DNA from: Octopus vulgaris
Lineage: Eukaryota
Assembly: GCA_951406725.2 (NCBI GenBank)
Contig: OX597817.1
Coordinates: forward strand, 25,482,001-25,546,000
Length of the DNA stretch: 64,000 nt
Reading direction: 5' to 3'
A program made the translations under genes and the position numbers. Positions 1-12,172 of the stretch are shown piece after piece; positions within the stretch are counted from its first letter, which is position 1, and every line of letters starts with the position of its first letter. Under the pieces are notes generated by a model that was given only the letters and a program-made list of their open reading frames with translations, was not told where the DNA came from and searched no databases.

Positions 1-1
1 A

Positions 2-180
2 GAAATCGAGAGGAGCAGAATATGGTAATTGAAGACCTAAAAACCGCAATTGTAGTTGACGTGCTTGGAGTCATAAACGATTTTCTTGAAAACATCCCTG
101 ATAAACTGAATATTTATGAAATTTAGAAAATCCTCCTCAATAGCACCGTTCACTTTTTACATAAATTCATTTCTTTGTAT
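2..180 (+). mobile_element. Degenerate 3' end of an R4/Dong-type RLE LINE ORF
   Basis: Manual translation gives EIER..W*LKT then IVVDVLGVINDFLENIPDKLNIYEI*KILLNSTVHFLHK, resembling the PIIVGALG...LQKTAL.GT..IL terminus of the LINE at 38.2-39.4 kb. Confidence 0.55.
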
Positions 181-240
181 TCTCCTTCCTACATATCATT
201 TGTTATGCCATATCTAAATGCATGAATCTATATACTGAAT

Positions 241-568
241 GGAAGGGTAATGGCCCAGTGGTTAGGGCAGCGGACTCGCGGTCGGAGGATCGCGGTTTCG
301 ATTCCAAGACCGAGCGTTGTGTGTGTTTACTGAGCGAAAACACCTAAAAGCTCCACGAGGCTCCGGCAGGGGGTGATGGTGACCCCTGTTGTACTCTTTC
401 GCCACAACTTTCTCTCACTCTCCCTTTTCCTGTTTCTTGGGTAACGCTGCGATGGACTGACGTCCCGTCCAGCTGGGGGTGGGGGAAACGCATACGCCAC
501 AGAAACCGAGAAACCGGGCCCATGAGCCCGGCTAGGCTTGAAAAGGGCGCATAAATAATAAATAAATA
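241..568 (+). mobile_element. tRNA-derived SINE, family A head with V-domain-like tail (type A2)
   Basis: A box TGGCCCAGTGG, B box GTTTCGATTCC, anticodon-like TCG; 3' part GTAACGCTGCGATGGACTG..CCCGTCCAG; (TAAA)n tail. Confidence 0.85.
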
Positions 569-1067
569 TACTGAATCTAAATTCATGTTATATAATTTCA
601 TAGATCTACGTTACGTTGTGAAATGCTACCATGGATATTTTTGGAAAAAATTTTTTCCTTTTTCATTTAGAGATACATATTCATCTGCTCATTTACTACT
701 TGATTCAATCATTAGATAGTGTCCATGCTGGAGCACTACAACTGAAAGCATTAATGAAACAAATGGACCCCAGTAGTCATTTTACGTCTAATACTAGTCT
801 ACGTCATTGAAAATTTTACAGACATGAGACGTTTTAGACTTTAACATTTGCAACATCTGAATTATTGAATTATTTCCTATTTTATTGAAGAATATAACTT
901 ATTTTATCTTTATCTGTATTCCACTGTCTTTTGCTAAATCACAATCATAATGGGCAAATATCATTAATGTTGTTGATGATGACAGCGACAACGATGATGA
1001 CAAAGATATTATCTTTGGTTATGTGTTTTTTTTAAAAACACCACAACAATATTATGTGGGTGTGTGC

Positions 1068-1099
1068 ATATATATATATGTAAATATATATATATATAA

Positions 1100-1146
<47 letters not shown>

Positions 1147-1155
1147 GACATATAT

Positions 1156-1217
<62 letters not shown>

Positions 1218-1272
1218 GTATAAATGCATACATATATATACGCATATATATATATGTATATATATATGTTTA

Positions 1273-1327
<55 letters not shown>

Positions 1328-1342
1328 ATGTATATATGTATG

Positions 1343-1373
<31 letters not shown>

Positions 1374-1374
1374 G

Positions 1375-1424
<50 letters not shown>

Positions 1425-1492
1425 CAAAAACTGATAAAGGTAGGCGGGAAAATAAGGAGAGCAAAAGTGTAAAAAGAGAGCAAGTGAAGAGA

Positions 1493-1560
<68 letters not shown>
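1068..1560. repeat. Compound microsatellite (TA)n/(TATG)n followed by (GA)n(GACA)n
   Basis: Directly visible. Confidence 0.95.
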
Positions 1561-2075
1561 AAAAGAAAGGTGTGGAAAATTAAAGAATGCAACAATAATT
1601 TTAATATTGATAACTTTGTCTGATAATGGATATAATGACAGCATAGTAACCTTGGTAGAATTGCGAGGTGTTGATGATGCTGGCAGCGGTAACAGGTGTG
1701 GTTGCGACACATTGTTGGTAAATGCGTGGTCGAGGGTGTGTGACAGCGATGTGACAATGATGTGTACGGTAGTGGATGAAAGGGCCGTGGTGCAGGTGAT
1801 GGTACGTACCATTTGTGGTGGTGATGGTTATCGTGCTGGTTGTGGTAGTGGTGGTGGTGGCTGTGGAGATGGTGCCAGTTGTGTTCGTATTGTTTTGTGT
1901 TCGGTATTGGTGTTGATGAGGTGATGGTTGTAGAGGTACTGTTGGAAATGCATTGCTGGTGTTGTTGTTGATGTTGTTGCTGTTAGTGGTGGAGGTGGTC
2001 GTCGTCGTGGTTGTGGAAGCCTTGTTGTTGGTGGAAGTGTTGCTGCTGCTATGATGATATTAATGGTGACGCTAG

Positions 2076-2700
2076 GGCGGCGAGCTGGCAGAATCGTTAG
2101 CACGCCGGGCGAAATGCGTAGCCGTATTTCCTCTGCCGTTACGTTCTGAGTTCAAATTCCGCCGAAGTCGACTTTGCCTTTCATCCTTTCGGGGTCGATA
2201 AATTAAGTACCAGTTACGCACTGGGTTCGATATAATCGACTTAATCCGTCTGTCTGTCCTTGTTTGTCTCCTCTGTGTTTAGCCCCTTGTGGGTAGTAAA
2301 GAAATAAGTATTTCGTCTGCCGTTATGTTCTGATTTCAAATTCCGCCGAGGTCGACTTTGCCTTTCATCCTTTCGGGGTCAATTAAATAAGTACCATTTA
2401 CGCACTGGGATCGATGTAATCGACTTAATCCCTTTGTTTGTCCTTCTTTGTCCCCTTTATGTTTAGCCCCTTGCAGGTAATGAAGGAATATGAATCGTTA
2501 GCATACAGGGCAAAATGCTTAATAGCATTTCGTCCGTCATTGCGCTCTGAGTTGAAATCCCTTCGAGGTCGATTTTGTCTTTCATCATTCCCAGGTCGAC
2601 AAAGTAAGTACAAGTTAAACACGTGATTTGATGTTATCAAGTCAACCCCACCTCCGACATTGCTGGCTTTGTGTCAAAATTTTAAATCGATATTATTAGT
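2076..2700 (+). mobile_element. Chain of three family C SINE units (Meta-domain-like)
   Basis: Head GGCGGCGAGCTGGCAGAATCGTTAG, B box GTTCAAATTCC, GCCTTTCATCCTTTCGGGGTCGATAAA-AAGTACC motif; units at ~2076-2308, ~2308-2490 and a more diverged ~2491-2700. Confidence 0.85.
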
Positions 2701-2855
2701 GGCACTGATAACATTAATGCTGTTTCTTTTGTTTGTAATGGTGAACCGGGTTGAACTTGTGATGGTTTGGGTGGCGTTGCTGCTGGTGTTAACGGTGGTA
2801 ATGGCTATGGTGCTGTGGATGGGAGAATTTGGTGATAAAAAAAGGGTAATGGTGC

Positions 2856-2895
<40 letters not shown>

Positions 2896-3011
2896 GGTGG
2901 TGACTGAGTTAATTGTTTTTGTTTGTTGATGGTGTCAATACTACTCATGCCTTGTACTGGCGATAGTACTACTACTAACCTTTTTAGTTAGAGCTGTGTG
3001 TGTGTGGTTTT

Positions 3012-3304
3012 GGAGGCGCAGTGGCCCAGTGGTTAGGGCAGCGGACTCGCGGTCGGAGGATCGCGGCTTCGATTTCCAGACCGGGCGTTGTGCATGTTTA
3101 TTGAACGAAAACACTTAAAAGCTCCACGAGGCTCCGGCAGGGGGTGGTGGCGACCTCTATTGTACACTTTCGCCACAAATTTCTCTCACTCTCTCTTGAG
3201 TAACGCTGCGATGTACTGGTGTCCCGTCCAGCTGGGGGGAACGCATACGCTACAGAAACCGGGAAACCGGGCCCATGAGCCTGGCTAGGTTTGAAGAAAG
3301 GGCG
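3012..3304 (+). mobile_element. SINE type A2
   Basis: Colinear with 241-568. Confidence 0.85.
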
Positions 3305-3729
3305 AGAAGATAGAAGCTATGTGTGCTGTAGTGATTATGTGGTAGTGCTGGGGAAGGTTATGGTGGTGGCGGCGGCAGCGGTGGTGGTAGTAGTGCTGGT
3401 AGTGGTTGTAGTGGTTATAGTAATGTTAGTGTTGGCGTTGTCGTTGTTAGTGGTTACAGTGATGTAGACATCAGTGTGGCATATTGCTGGCACTAGGACT
3501 ACAGATTGACTTGTCTGGTTGGCAAAGTGTCAGATCTGTGTGAATATAATATAATGCGGAGAATATGAGGAAAAAGATACATATAGATAGACAGAGAAAA
3601 GGAAAGAGGGAAAAGAGTGAGAGAAGGCGATAGTGATAGTGAGGGAGTCTGAGAGAAAGGGACAGGCAAAAAGATTGAAAGAGGGGGATGAGATTAGACA
3701 TAGGGAGATTGATACATACACACACACAC

Positions 3730-3772
<43 letters not shown>

Positions 3773-3928
3773 TGTGTGTGTTTGTGTGTGTGCACATATA
3801 TCTTAGCTTCTTTCTCAATCTACGAGCAAAACCATTGCTAGAAAGGTTCATTGAATTGAGTCAATGTTGATGCAATGTGAGACCCTGGTATGACTCTTGA
3901 GCTCGGCGGAAGTTTTGGACACACACAC

Positions 3929-4004
<76 letters not shown>

Positions 4005-4021
4005 TGATAGATAGATAGATT

Positions 4022-4110
<89 letters not shown>

Positions 4111-4121
4111 GATAGATAGAT
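3929..4121. repeat. (GATA)n microsatellite
   Basis: Directly visible. Confidence 0.95.
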
Positions 4122-4179
4122 ATACATATGTAGTCATATAAATATACATATATATGTGTGTGTATATATATATATATAT

Positions 4180-4386
4180 AATGTTGGATCGTTAGCCCCT
4201 ACAAGCATTTTTTTTCTCTCCTTGTTTCTCTCCTTGTTTCTTTTCTGTGTATCTTTCTGTCGAAGAGCGTAGGCTCGAAACGTAAAAGACTTGTTTTATT
4301 TCTATTTGTGAGAGCCATACTAATACATTGTTTGTTTGTACTCCACCTGCCTTCGTCTTTTGTTTATTTTCGTAAACCTTCCCGTT
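4180..4386 (+). mobile_element. (TA)n-embedded short element, family E, with hammerhead-like motif (Penelope-like derivative)
   Basis: Flanked by TA repeats; TCTTT-CTGTCGA-A-GAGC-GTAG-GCTC-GAAA-CGTA-AAAGA at 4252-4289; second copy at ~26580-26770. Confidence 0.7.
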
Positions 4387-4411
4387 ATATATATAGAGAG
4401 AGAGAGAGTGT

Positions 4412-4733
4412 GGAAGCACAATGGCCTAGTGGTTAGGTCAGCGGACTCGCGCGGTTTCGATTACCAGACTGGGCGTGGTGAGTGTTTATTGAGCGAAATC
4501 TCATAAAGCTCTAAGAGGCTCCGGAAGGGGGTTTTGGCGAACCCTGCAGTACTCTTTCACCACAACTTACTCTCACTCTTTCTTTCTGTTATATCTGTAT
4601 CTTAAAGGGCCAGTCTTGTCACTCTCTATGTCACTTTGAATCTCCCCGAGAACTTGCACGTTAATTTCACGAGCGGGCTGTTCCGTTGATTAGACCAACT
4701 GGAACCCTCTTCGACGAAACCGACGGAGTGCCA
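4412..4733 (+). mobile_element. SINE type A1 (diverged)
   Basis: Family A head and ...CCGACGGAGTGC tail. Confidence 0.85.
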
Positions 4734-5895
4734 CGATATATATATATCACGTGTGTGTGTGTGTATAGAGAGAGAGATAGAGAGAGAGAAAGAGAGAGAG
4801 AGAGAGAAAGGTACATACATGCACAGACACACACACAGACACACACACATATATGCGTGTGTGTATGTATATATGAGAGTGATAAATAGATAGAAAGATA
4901 GATACATAGGTAGATGAATGGATAGATAGATATGTACATTCATATATATACATATATATATATATATATATGCATGTATGTATGTATATGCGCGCGCGTT
5001 AGTGTATGCATTCTTTTATTCTTTTACTTGTTTCAGTCATTTCACTGCGGCCCTACTGGAGCACCGCCTTTATATGCACTGCATATGTATATGTGTATAT
5101 GTGCATTTAACTGTGTATATGTATGTGTGCATATATGTGCGTATTCAATAGGCTTATTCTAAGAATCAGAAACGGAACCAAACAAAGAATTGGACAAGAA
5201 AATCAAAAGAAAACACACACACGCGCACATACAAACATACAAACGTTCTGTCTCTCTCTTTCTCTCTCGCGCGAGCGCACACCGGCACATATGTACACAC
5301 ACGCAGACATATAAGCACATAGAGTCAGTGGGGGACGATTGGATTGGATAAGAAGATATAAAGGACTAACAGACAAAACGAGAATTAAATGAGAGAATGA
5401 GAAATGGTGGGGGGGGGGGGGGAAGAAAAGCTAAAGCGAAGCAACGATGGGTGAGAGAGAAAGAGAAAAGTCTGAGAGGACGTGAGAGGGAGTGTAAGGG
5501 AGAATGGGATTAGACTTATATCTAGATGGCAGCAGATGTTTAAACTTAGTGATTAGTCAATTGTAAATTAAAGAAGGGGAAGATTGGAGATTGTAGAAAA
5601 GGAAGGTTGGTGGTATTTGGGAAGTAGTTGGAAAGCAATTATGCCATCTGATTGGCTTAATTAATCAAGCTCTATGTGCTTAATTATTGATGTTGGCATG
5701 AAATATAAGATGAATTGAAGAGCGTGGCGTGTGGGTATGCCTACACATATACATGCTTACATAGGTTTGCAACAAGTACGCACATACGTTTATAAATATG
5801 TATATATCCATCATGATACCTATCTTCATATCTATTGTGTTGAGTCAAATGTTTTGGATATATTTTGGCATCTTTTATTCGTTAAGATACAGGTA

Positions 5896-6276
5896 GGAAG
5901 CACTCCGTCGGTTACGACGACGAGGGTTCCGGTTGATCCGATCAACGGAACAGCCGGCTTGTGAAATTAACGTGTAAGTGGCTGAGCACTCCACAGACAC
6001 GTGTACCCTTACCGTAGTTCTCGGGGATATTCAGCGTGACACAGAGAGTGACAAGGCCGGCCCTTTGAAATACAGATACAACAGAAACAGGAAGTAAGAG
6101 TGAGAGAAAGCTGTGGTGAAAGAGTACAGCAGGGATCACCGCCACCCCCTGTCGGAACCTCGTGGAACTTTAGGTGTTTTCGCTCAATAAACACTCACAA
6201 CGCCTGGTCTGGGAATCGAAACCGCGATCCTACGACCGCGAGTCCGCTGCCCTAACCACTGGGCCATTGCGCCTCC
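5896..6276 (-). mobile_element. SINE type A1, full length
   Basis: Reverse complement of the 9443-9799 copy; 13-bp TSD TCGTTAAGATACA at 5879-5891 and 6279-6291. Confidence 0.92.
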
Positions 6277-6299
6277 ACTCGTTAAGATACAACCAGAGT

Positions 6300-6765
6300 A
6301 GCGTAGCATTTAAAGTAGAGCCTACCGTGTTGCATCGTCCGAAGCCACCTTTCAACAAGTTCTTTGATCCCGTCATGATACCGGTTCTTATCCTTCGAGA
6401 CGAAAAACTCCTTCACTGAAGCTCCCACCGCATCGTGGTTGATGAAACGTTACCAGCGCAGGAAGTCAGCTTTGAATTGAAACAAATAATAATTCGAGGA
6501 TGATAGGTGCGGAATATGTGTTGGGTGTAGCATCAATCTGATTCCCTTGGGTTTCTGGAGTTTATTCTGGGTCTGTGGAGTGGTATGAAGTCTTGTGTTG
6601 TCTTGCTACAGAAGAGCTCGCTTTCTGTTGAATAACACCGGGAATTTTTGCCGCACAATGGCATAACACTCCCTCAAGCTGTTTAATGTACAGGTTGGCC
6701 TCGATGGTTTGACCATCAGGAACGAACTTGTAGTGAATTATCCCTTTTAATTCTACCAGACGCGA
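6300..6765 (-). mobile_element. Mariner transposase remnant (catalytic domain and C-terminus)
   Basis: Minus-strand fragments KGIIHYKFVPDGQTIEANLY, QDNTRLHT and EFFVSKDKNRYHDGIKELVERW; frameshifted. Confidence 0.8.
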
Positions 6766-6899
6766 AGTATCGATCTATCAGTTCATCTACCTTCCGACCT
6801 ACCTAACAACACACATATATGATATATGTAAATGTATATATATGTATATGTATACACATATTCATTCGTCTGTTCATAAGAATATGATTCTTATGTGTT

Positions 6900-7435
6900 A
6901 ATTCAAATCAGGCTCCTTGACTGAATGCCTGTGAAACAGGAAACCTTAAGTAGCGTCGGAATGAAGATTCAGACTGCGTACAAGTAAATCTATGATCTCT
7001 TCTAAATTCAGTTGACGTTTCGATTGAACTCTGTTGAATTATTAATGTGGTGGGAAATTCGTGTATAGAGATAGTATCAGGAGGTCACTCTTCTGCAAAG
7101 GAATGATTGACTAACGTGCCTAGAGAAAGTTAAGAGTAAAAGCAATATTAGAGACACTGAGCATAAGTTAGTCTCGTTTACTGTATCATCCTAGTGTAGA
7201 TCTGCTTCCTGCTTTTTATGAGGATCTAAGGTGATAGTTGTTGCTGCGCTTAATATTGTTAGAGTGAGTTAGGTTTCTCTTAGGACAGACATCTCTGTTC
7301 TTTAATATATTGAGTTAGATTTCTGTTGAGATAGAAGTAATAAAACACTAGCACGTATTGCTTCATGGACACGTAGCATATCTGAAAATATAGTTCTAAT
7401 GCTTAACTCATTTACATTGGGTTCTATGTTATGTA
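6900..7435 (-). mobile_element. Possible decayed Penelope-like element 3' end
   Basis: Weak resemblance to the C-x-L-C-L-x-E-K-L terminus of PLE ORFs, followed by a degenerate CTGATA..GAAACGTC motif. Confidence 0.3.
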
Positions 7436-7457
7436 AGAATATATATATATCTTTGTT

Positions 7458-7670
7458 CTTTTGTTCTTTTACTTGTTTCAGTCATTTGACTGCGGCCATG
7501 CTGGAGCTCTGCCTTTAGTCGAATCAAATCGACCCCAGGACTTATTCCTTGTCCGCCTAGTACTTAATCTATCGGTGTCTTTTGCCGAACCGCTAAGTTA
7601 CGGGGACCTAAACACATCGGTATCGGTTGTCAAGCGTTGTTGGGGGAACCAACGCAGACACACAACACAC

Positions 7671-7732
<62 letters not shown>

Positions 7733-7878
7733 TATATACATATATACGACAGGCTTCTTTCAGTTTCTGTCTACCAAATCCACTCACAAGGCTTTGGTCG
7801 GCCCAAGCCCATAGTAGAAGACACTTGCCAAAGGTGCCATGCAATGGGACTGAACCCGGAACCACACAGCCACTCCTA
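7458..7878 (-). mobile_element. SINE family B (tRNA head, CORE-like block, internal microsatellite)
   Basis: Reverse complement of 11736-12172. Confidence 0.9.
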
Positions 7879-8023
7879 AAACATGTCTACATAGAAATAG
7901 AAAAATTGAAAGCTTGGGCAACACACTCTTCGACGGCAATAGATATGAAATATTTGGGACCTTGTTGGGTCAAGGGATCATAGGGATGTTTGTATTTGGT
8001 AACTATGTTTGTGTAAGGTGGTG

Positions 8024-8405
8024 GGAGGCGCAATGGCCCAGCGGTTAGGCCAGCAGACTCGCGGTCGGAGGATCGCGGTTTCGATTCCCAGACCGGGCAT
8101 TGTGAGTGTTTATTGAGCGAAAACACCTAAAGCTCCACGAGGCTCTGGCAGGGGGTGGTGGTGAACCCTGCTGTACTCTTTCACCACAACTTTCTCTCGC
8201 TCTTTCTTCCTGTTTCTCTTGTACCTGTAGTTCAAAGGGCCAGCTTTGTCACATTCTGTGTGTCACGCTGAATCTCCCCGAGAACTACGTTAAGGGTATA
8301 CGTGTCTGTGGAGTGCTCAGCCACTTGCACGTTAATATCACGAGCAAGCTGTTCCGTTGAGCGTATCAGCTGGGACCCTCATTGTCGCAACCGACGGAGT
8401 GCTCC
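8024..8405 (+). mobile_element. SINE type A1, full length
   Basis: 13-bp TSD TGTGTAAGGTGGT at 8010-8022 and 8408-8420. Confidence 0.92.
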
Positions 8406-8738
8406 TATGTGTAAGGTGGTTAGAGTGAAGTGAGCTGATGAGGAACAGTTGCAGTCGATGTCTGTTTTTTTCTCACATTCTTTTCATTTAACTTCTTGTT
8501 TTATTTTTCTTATCCATGTGTATATATGTATACAAGAAAATAGATATTTCGAACAGGTAAATATATAAAGAATAAAAAGGCTGAACATGTACATGGAGTT
8601 TTTAAAACAACTGATTTGCATTTACCTGAGTGGTTTCACAGTACTTTTAAAGAAACATGAAAATTTGAAAGTGTTTAAATAAATGTAAATAAACCTGTTT
8701 GAAGTCTCCAAGTGCATTTCTACTTGCCATAACACATA

Positions 8739-8784
<46 letters not shown>

Positions 8785-8787
<3 letters not shown>

Positions 8788-9039
8788 AATATATGAGAGT
8801 GACCACTATATGGTCGACTCTTGCGCTAAAAATAGATCCGCTATGGTATTAGCCACTAAAAATTTTAGTGGCTAATACCATAGCGAATCTATTTTTAGCG
8901 CAAGAATCGACCATATAGTGGTCACTCTTATATTTGTGCATAAATTTTTATTGTATCCCTGGTTTTTATGTGCTAAGCCACTTGGTGTTAAATTGATGGT
9001 ATTATTAAATTAATATCCAATTTTTCACCCTTATTTTTG

Positions 9040-9040
<1 letters not shown>
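8785..9040. mobile_element. (TA)n-embedded hairpin-plus-tail element
   Basis: Near-perfect palindrome 8785-8937 centred near 8862; tail 8940-9040 resembles the reverse complement of 53340-53400. Confidence 0.75.
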
Positions 9041-9100
<60 letters not shown>

Positions 9101-9105
<5 letters not shown>

Positions 9106-9348
9106 AATATTAGGGAATAAATCCAAATTTACAGGGAAAAAATCAGATTTAGGATTAAATCAATTTAATAGTAAAATATTATATAATATTAATTCGAGAC
9201 AAAACCACTATTTTGCAAAACAAACAAGGAAAGACTTAATCAATACATAAAAATTTTAATATAAAGTATTTACTTTATATTAAAATTTTTATGTATTGAT
9301 TAAGTCTTTCCTTGTTTGTTTTGCAAAATAGTGGTTTTGTCTCGAATG

Positions 9349-9358
<10 letters not shown>
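9101..9358. mobile_element. (TA)n-embedded tail-plus-hairpin element
   Basis: About 80-bp unique tail, then a palindrome 9181-9358 with a 2-nt loop at 9269-9270; relatives at 28085-28250 and 63195-63290. Confidence 0.8.
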
Positions 9359-9442
<84 letters not shown>

Positions 9443-9443
<1 letters not shown>

Positions 9444-9799
9444 GAGGCGCAATGGCCCAGTGGTTAGGACTCGCGGTCATAGGATCGCGGTTTCGATTCC
9501 CAGACCGGGCGTTGTGAGTGTTTATTCAGCGAAAACACCTAAAAAGCTCCACGAGGCTCCGGCAGGGGATGGTGGTGATCCCTGTTGTACTCTTTCACCA
9601 CAACTTTCTCTCACTCTTACTTCCTGTTTCTGTTGTACCTGTATTTAAAGGGGCCGGCCTGAATATCCCCCGAGAACTACATTAAGGGTGCACGTGTCTA
9701 TGGAGTGCTCAGCCACTTACACGTTAATTTCACGAGCAGGCTGTTCCGTTGATTCGGATCAACCGGAACCCTCATCGTCGTAACCGACGGAGTGCTTCC
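9443..9799 (+). mobile_element. SINE type A1
   Basis: A/B boxes and family tail. Confidence 0.9.
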
Positions 9800-9819
9800 A
9801 TCCATATATATATATATAT

Positions 9820-10135
9820 TTAATCCAAACATGAAAACACAAAGAGAAAACACAACAACGCGAGGACGTGGAACAAGTATAGGAAAGGAAAGAAACAAGG
9901 AGTATTTAACGTTTCGAGCGGAGCTCTACGTCAGAAAAAAAGGAAAAGGAAAGATCCAAGGAAGGGAAGACGGAGGAGAAAAAATCGCCAACGGTACACG
10001 CGCGTTCACATTTTGAAAGTGTGTGAATGTTTGTGTAGGTGTAAATGGTGGCGACACAAGTAGAAAAGTGGAAGTAGAAGAAGAAAGGTAAAAAGAGAAC
10101 GAGGAAAAGTGGAAGAGTCACGGACAAATTTTTTT
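9820..10135 (-). mobile_element. (TA)n-anchored family D element with hammerhead-like motif
   Basis: Minus strand TTT-CTGACGT-A-GAGC-TCC-GCTC-GAAA-CGTT-AAA (9905-9937); copies at 16240, 31787 and 47100. Confidence 0.75.
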
Positions 10136-10533
10136 GATTTCCAATCATGATTACAGTGGCCTCGTATATGCTCTATGTGCGCGCGCGCGCGCTCGTGCTT
10201 TTCTAGGGAAGTTCAACTGGTGCGGTTTTGCTCGGTAACAGAAAAAATGATATCCGTTGTGTCCGAGCCATTCCCGTGCCCTGCTTAGCAATCAAAGGCT
10301 TTATATCTTAAAATATTCTGATGAACATATATCTTTATATTTCATGGATTATATTTATATTACTAGCGAAAATAAGTCAGAGTTAAGTTTTTCAGGGTCA
10401 TGAGTAAGCATAAAATATAGAGAGATCTAATCATAAGTACTTTCCACCGCCGATCTGAATGAATTTAACATTTACATGATTTTGCTCAAGTGCATTTCAT
10501 TCAAACTGTCGCAAAATTTAACTTAACTTAACA

Positions 10534-10928
10534 CTAGCAGTATCGCCCGGCGTTGCTCGGGTTTGTTTCGACCCTTTAGAAAATTGGAATTTTTGAAAAG
10601 TAAACATTTTGCATTATGTAGCTTGTTATTCTCTTTAAGTGAACATTTTTCTGGTTGAAATACACCGAAAAATGGCGACACAGCAATAAACAAATCGTAA
10701 AAAGTAGGGATTTACATAGACAAAAAAGCACCATTTTTATGTAAATAATTTTTGGTGTTAACATGGTCCGATTTGAATTGTTTTTTCTACGGAAGTAAGA
10801 GCAAGCCTTCTTCTATCATACTCGCAATTTTGGTTAACTTGCGCCGCTGGCTCTCGGAGGAGATAGTGTTAGTTGAAGGCTACCAAACCTGCCATACAAA
10901 GACAACTTCAGCTTTATAGATAGAGAGA
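10534..10928 (-). mobile_element. Non-autonomous Helitron
   Basis: A|TC...CTAG|T ends, subterminal hairpin CCCGAGCAACGCCGGG, no TSD; second copy at 59896-60284. Confidence 0.88.
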
Positions 10929-11735
10929 TTGCTCAATTTAGAGTCATATATTGGCTCGACGAATTACAGCCGGTCACAGAACTACATAATAGGGCCGTCA
11001 ACCATTGTAAATCATAGTGCCGCACACTGGCTGTATGAACCATTACAACTCCAAGAGTTTTGCCGCAACTTCATGAACCATTACAACTCAAAATGGTTCA
11101 CAATCAACTCTAAGAATTACAGCAGCTCGCAGACAGTATATTTAACATCGAAAGCGAAAATTCATATGGTATTGATAATTTATGTTAAATGAAATCATTT
11201 TCACTTCTACAACGATTTATCAACCAACAAGAACGATAAAATAAAAAAAAAATTATTAAACATTTCCCACAGTTTTATTTATATTGTATTGAATTTATAA
11301 TCCTCTACCAATAAATATATGTGTGTTTGTGTGTGTGTATACAATATAAAGACAGAAGCAAGTTATACGTTGTGAAGTATTGATGATGATAATGATGATG
11401 ACAATGACGACGACAACGATAAAAACAACAACAAAAACAAAAGCAACGACTACAACAACAACGATGACGATGATGACGATGATGTTGATGATAGTAAGAA
11501 TAAGAGTATGCCATTTGAATATAATTAGGAAGGACTGGAATAAAAATGTCTGCACTCTGAGACATAGCAGTGAATTCTGTTGAAAATTCTGCTAAGAACG
11601 TAGAGAATCTTAAAAAGCGCATCGGATTTTCACGGTAAACAATACGTGTAGTTTATACATTTGTTAGTTAGTGTTATATCTCTTGCATCGTAAAGGAACA
11701 ATGAAGAAAGAAAATTCTTTAATAAAAAAAACATA

Positions 11736-11900
11736 GGCGCAGGAGTGGCTGTGTGGTAAGTAGCTTGCTAACCAACCACATGGTTCCGGGTTCAGTCCCA
11801 CTGCGTGGCATCTTGAGCAAGTGTCTTCTGCTATAGCCCCGGGCCGACCAATGCCTTGTGAGTGGATTTGGTAGACAGAAACTGAAAGAAGCCAGTCGTA

Positions 11901-11949
<49 letters not shown>

Positions 11950-12172
11950 GTGTGTTTGTGTGTCTGTGTTTGCCCCCCTAGCATTGCTTGACAACCGATG
12001 CTGGTGTGTTTACGTCCCCGTCACTTAGCGGTTCGGCAAAAAGAGACCGATAGAATAAGTACTGGGCTTACAAAGAATAAGTCCCGGAGTCGAGTTGCTC
12101 GATTTAAGGCGGTGCTCCAGCATGGCCGCAGTCAAATGACTGAAACAAGTAAAAGAGTAAAAGAGTAAAGAG
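11736..12172 (+). mobile_element. SINE family B, full length
   Basis: A box TGGCTGTGTGG, B box GTTCAGTCCC, CORE-like CTTGAGCAAGTGTCTT, internal (TA)n(TG)n, tail GACTGAAACAAG(TAAAAGAG)n. Confidence 0.92.

Noticed and set aside
1009-2103. Long ORFs rich in YI, CV, TH or poly-residue runs (also many others across the window)
   Set aside because: Translations of microsatellites and GGT-rich low-complexity DNA
3012-3085. tRNA-Arg(TCG)-like gene
   Set aside because: It is the head of a multi-copy SINE with family body and TSDs
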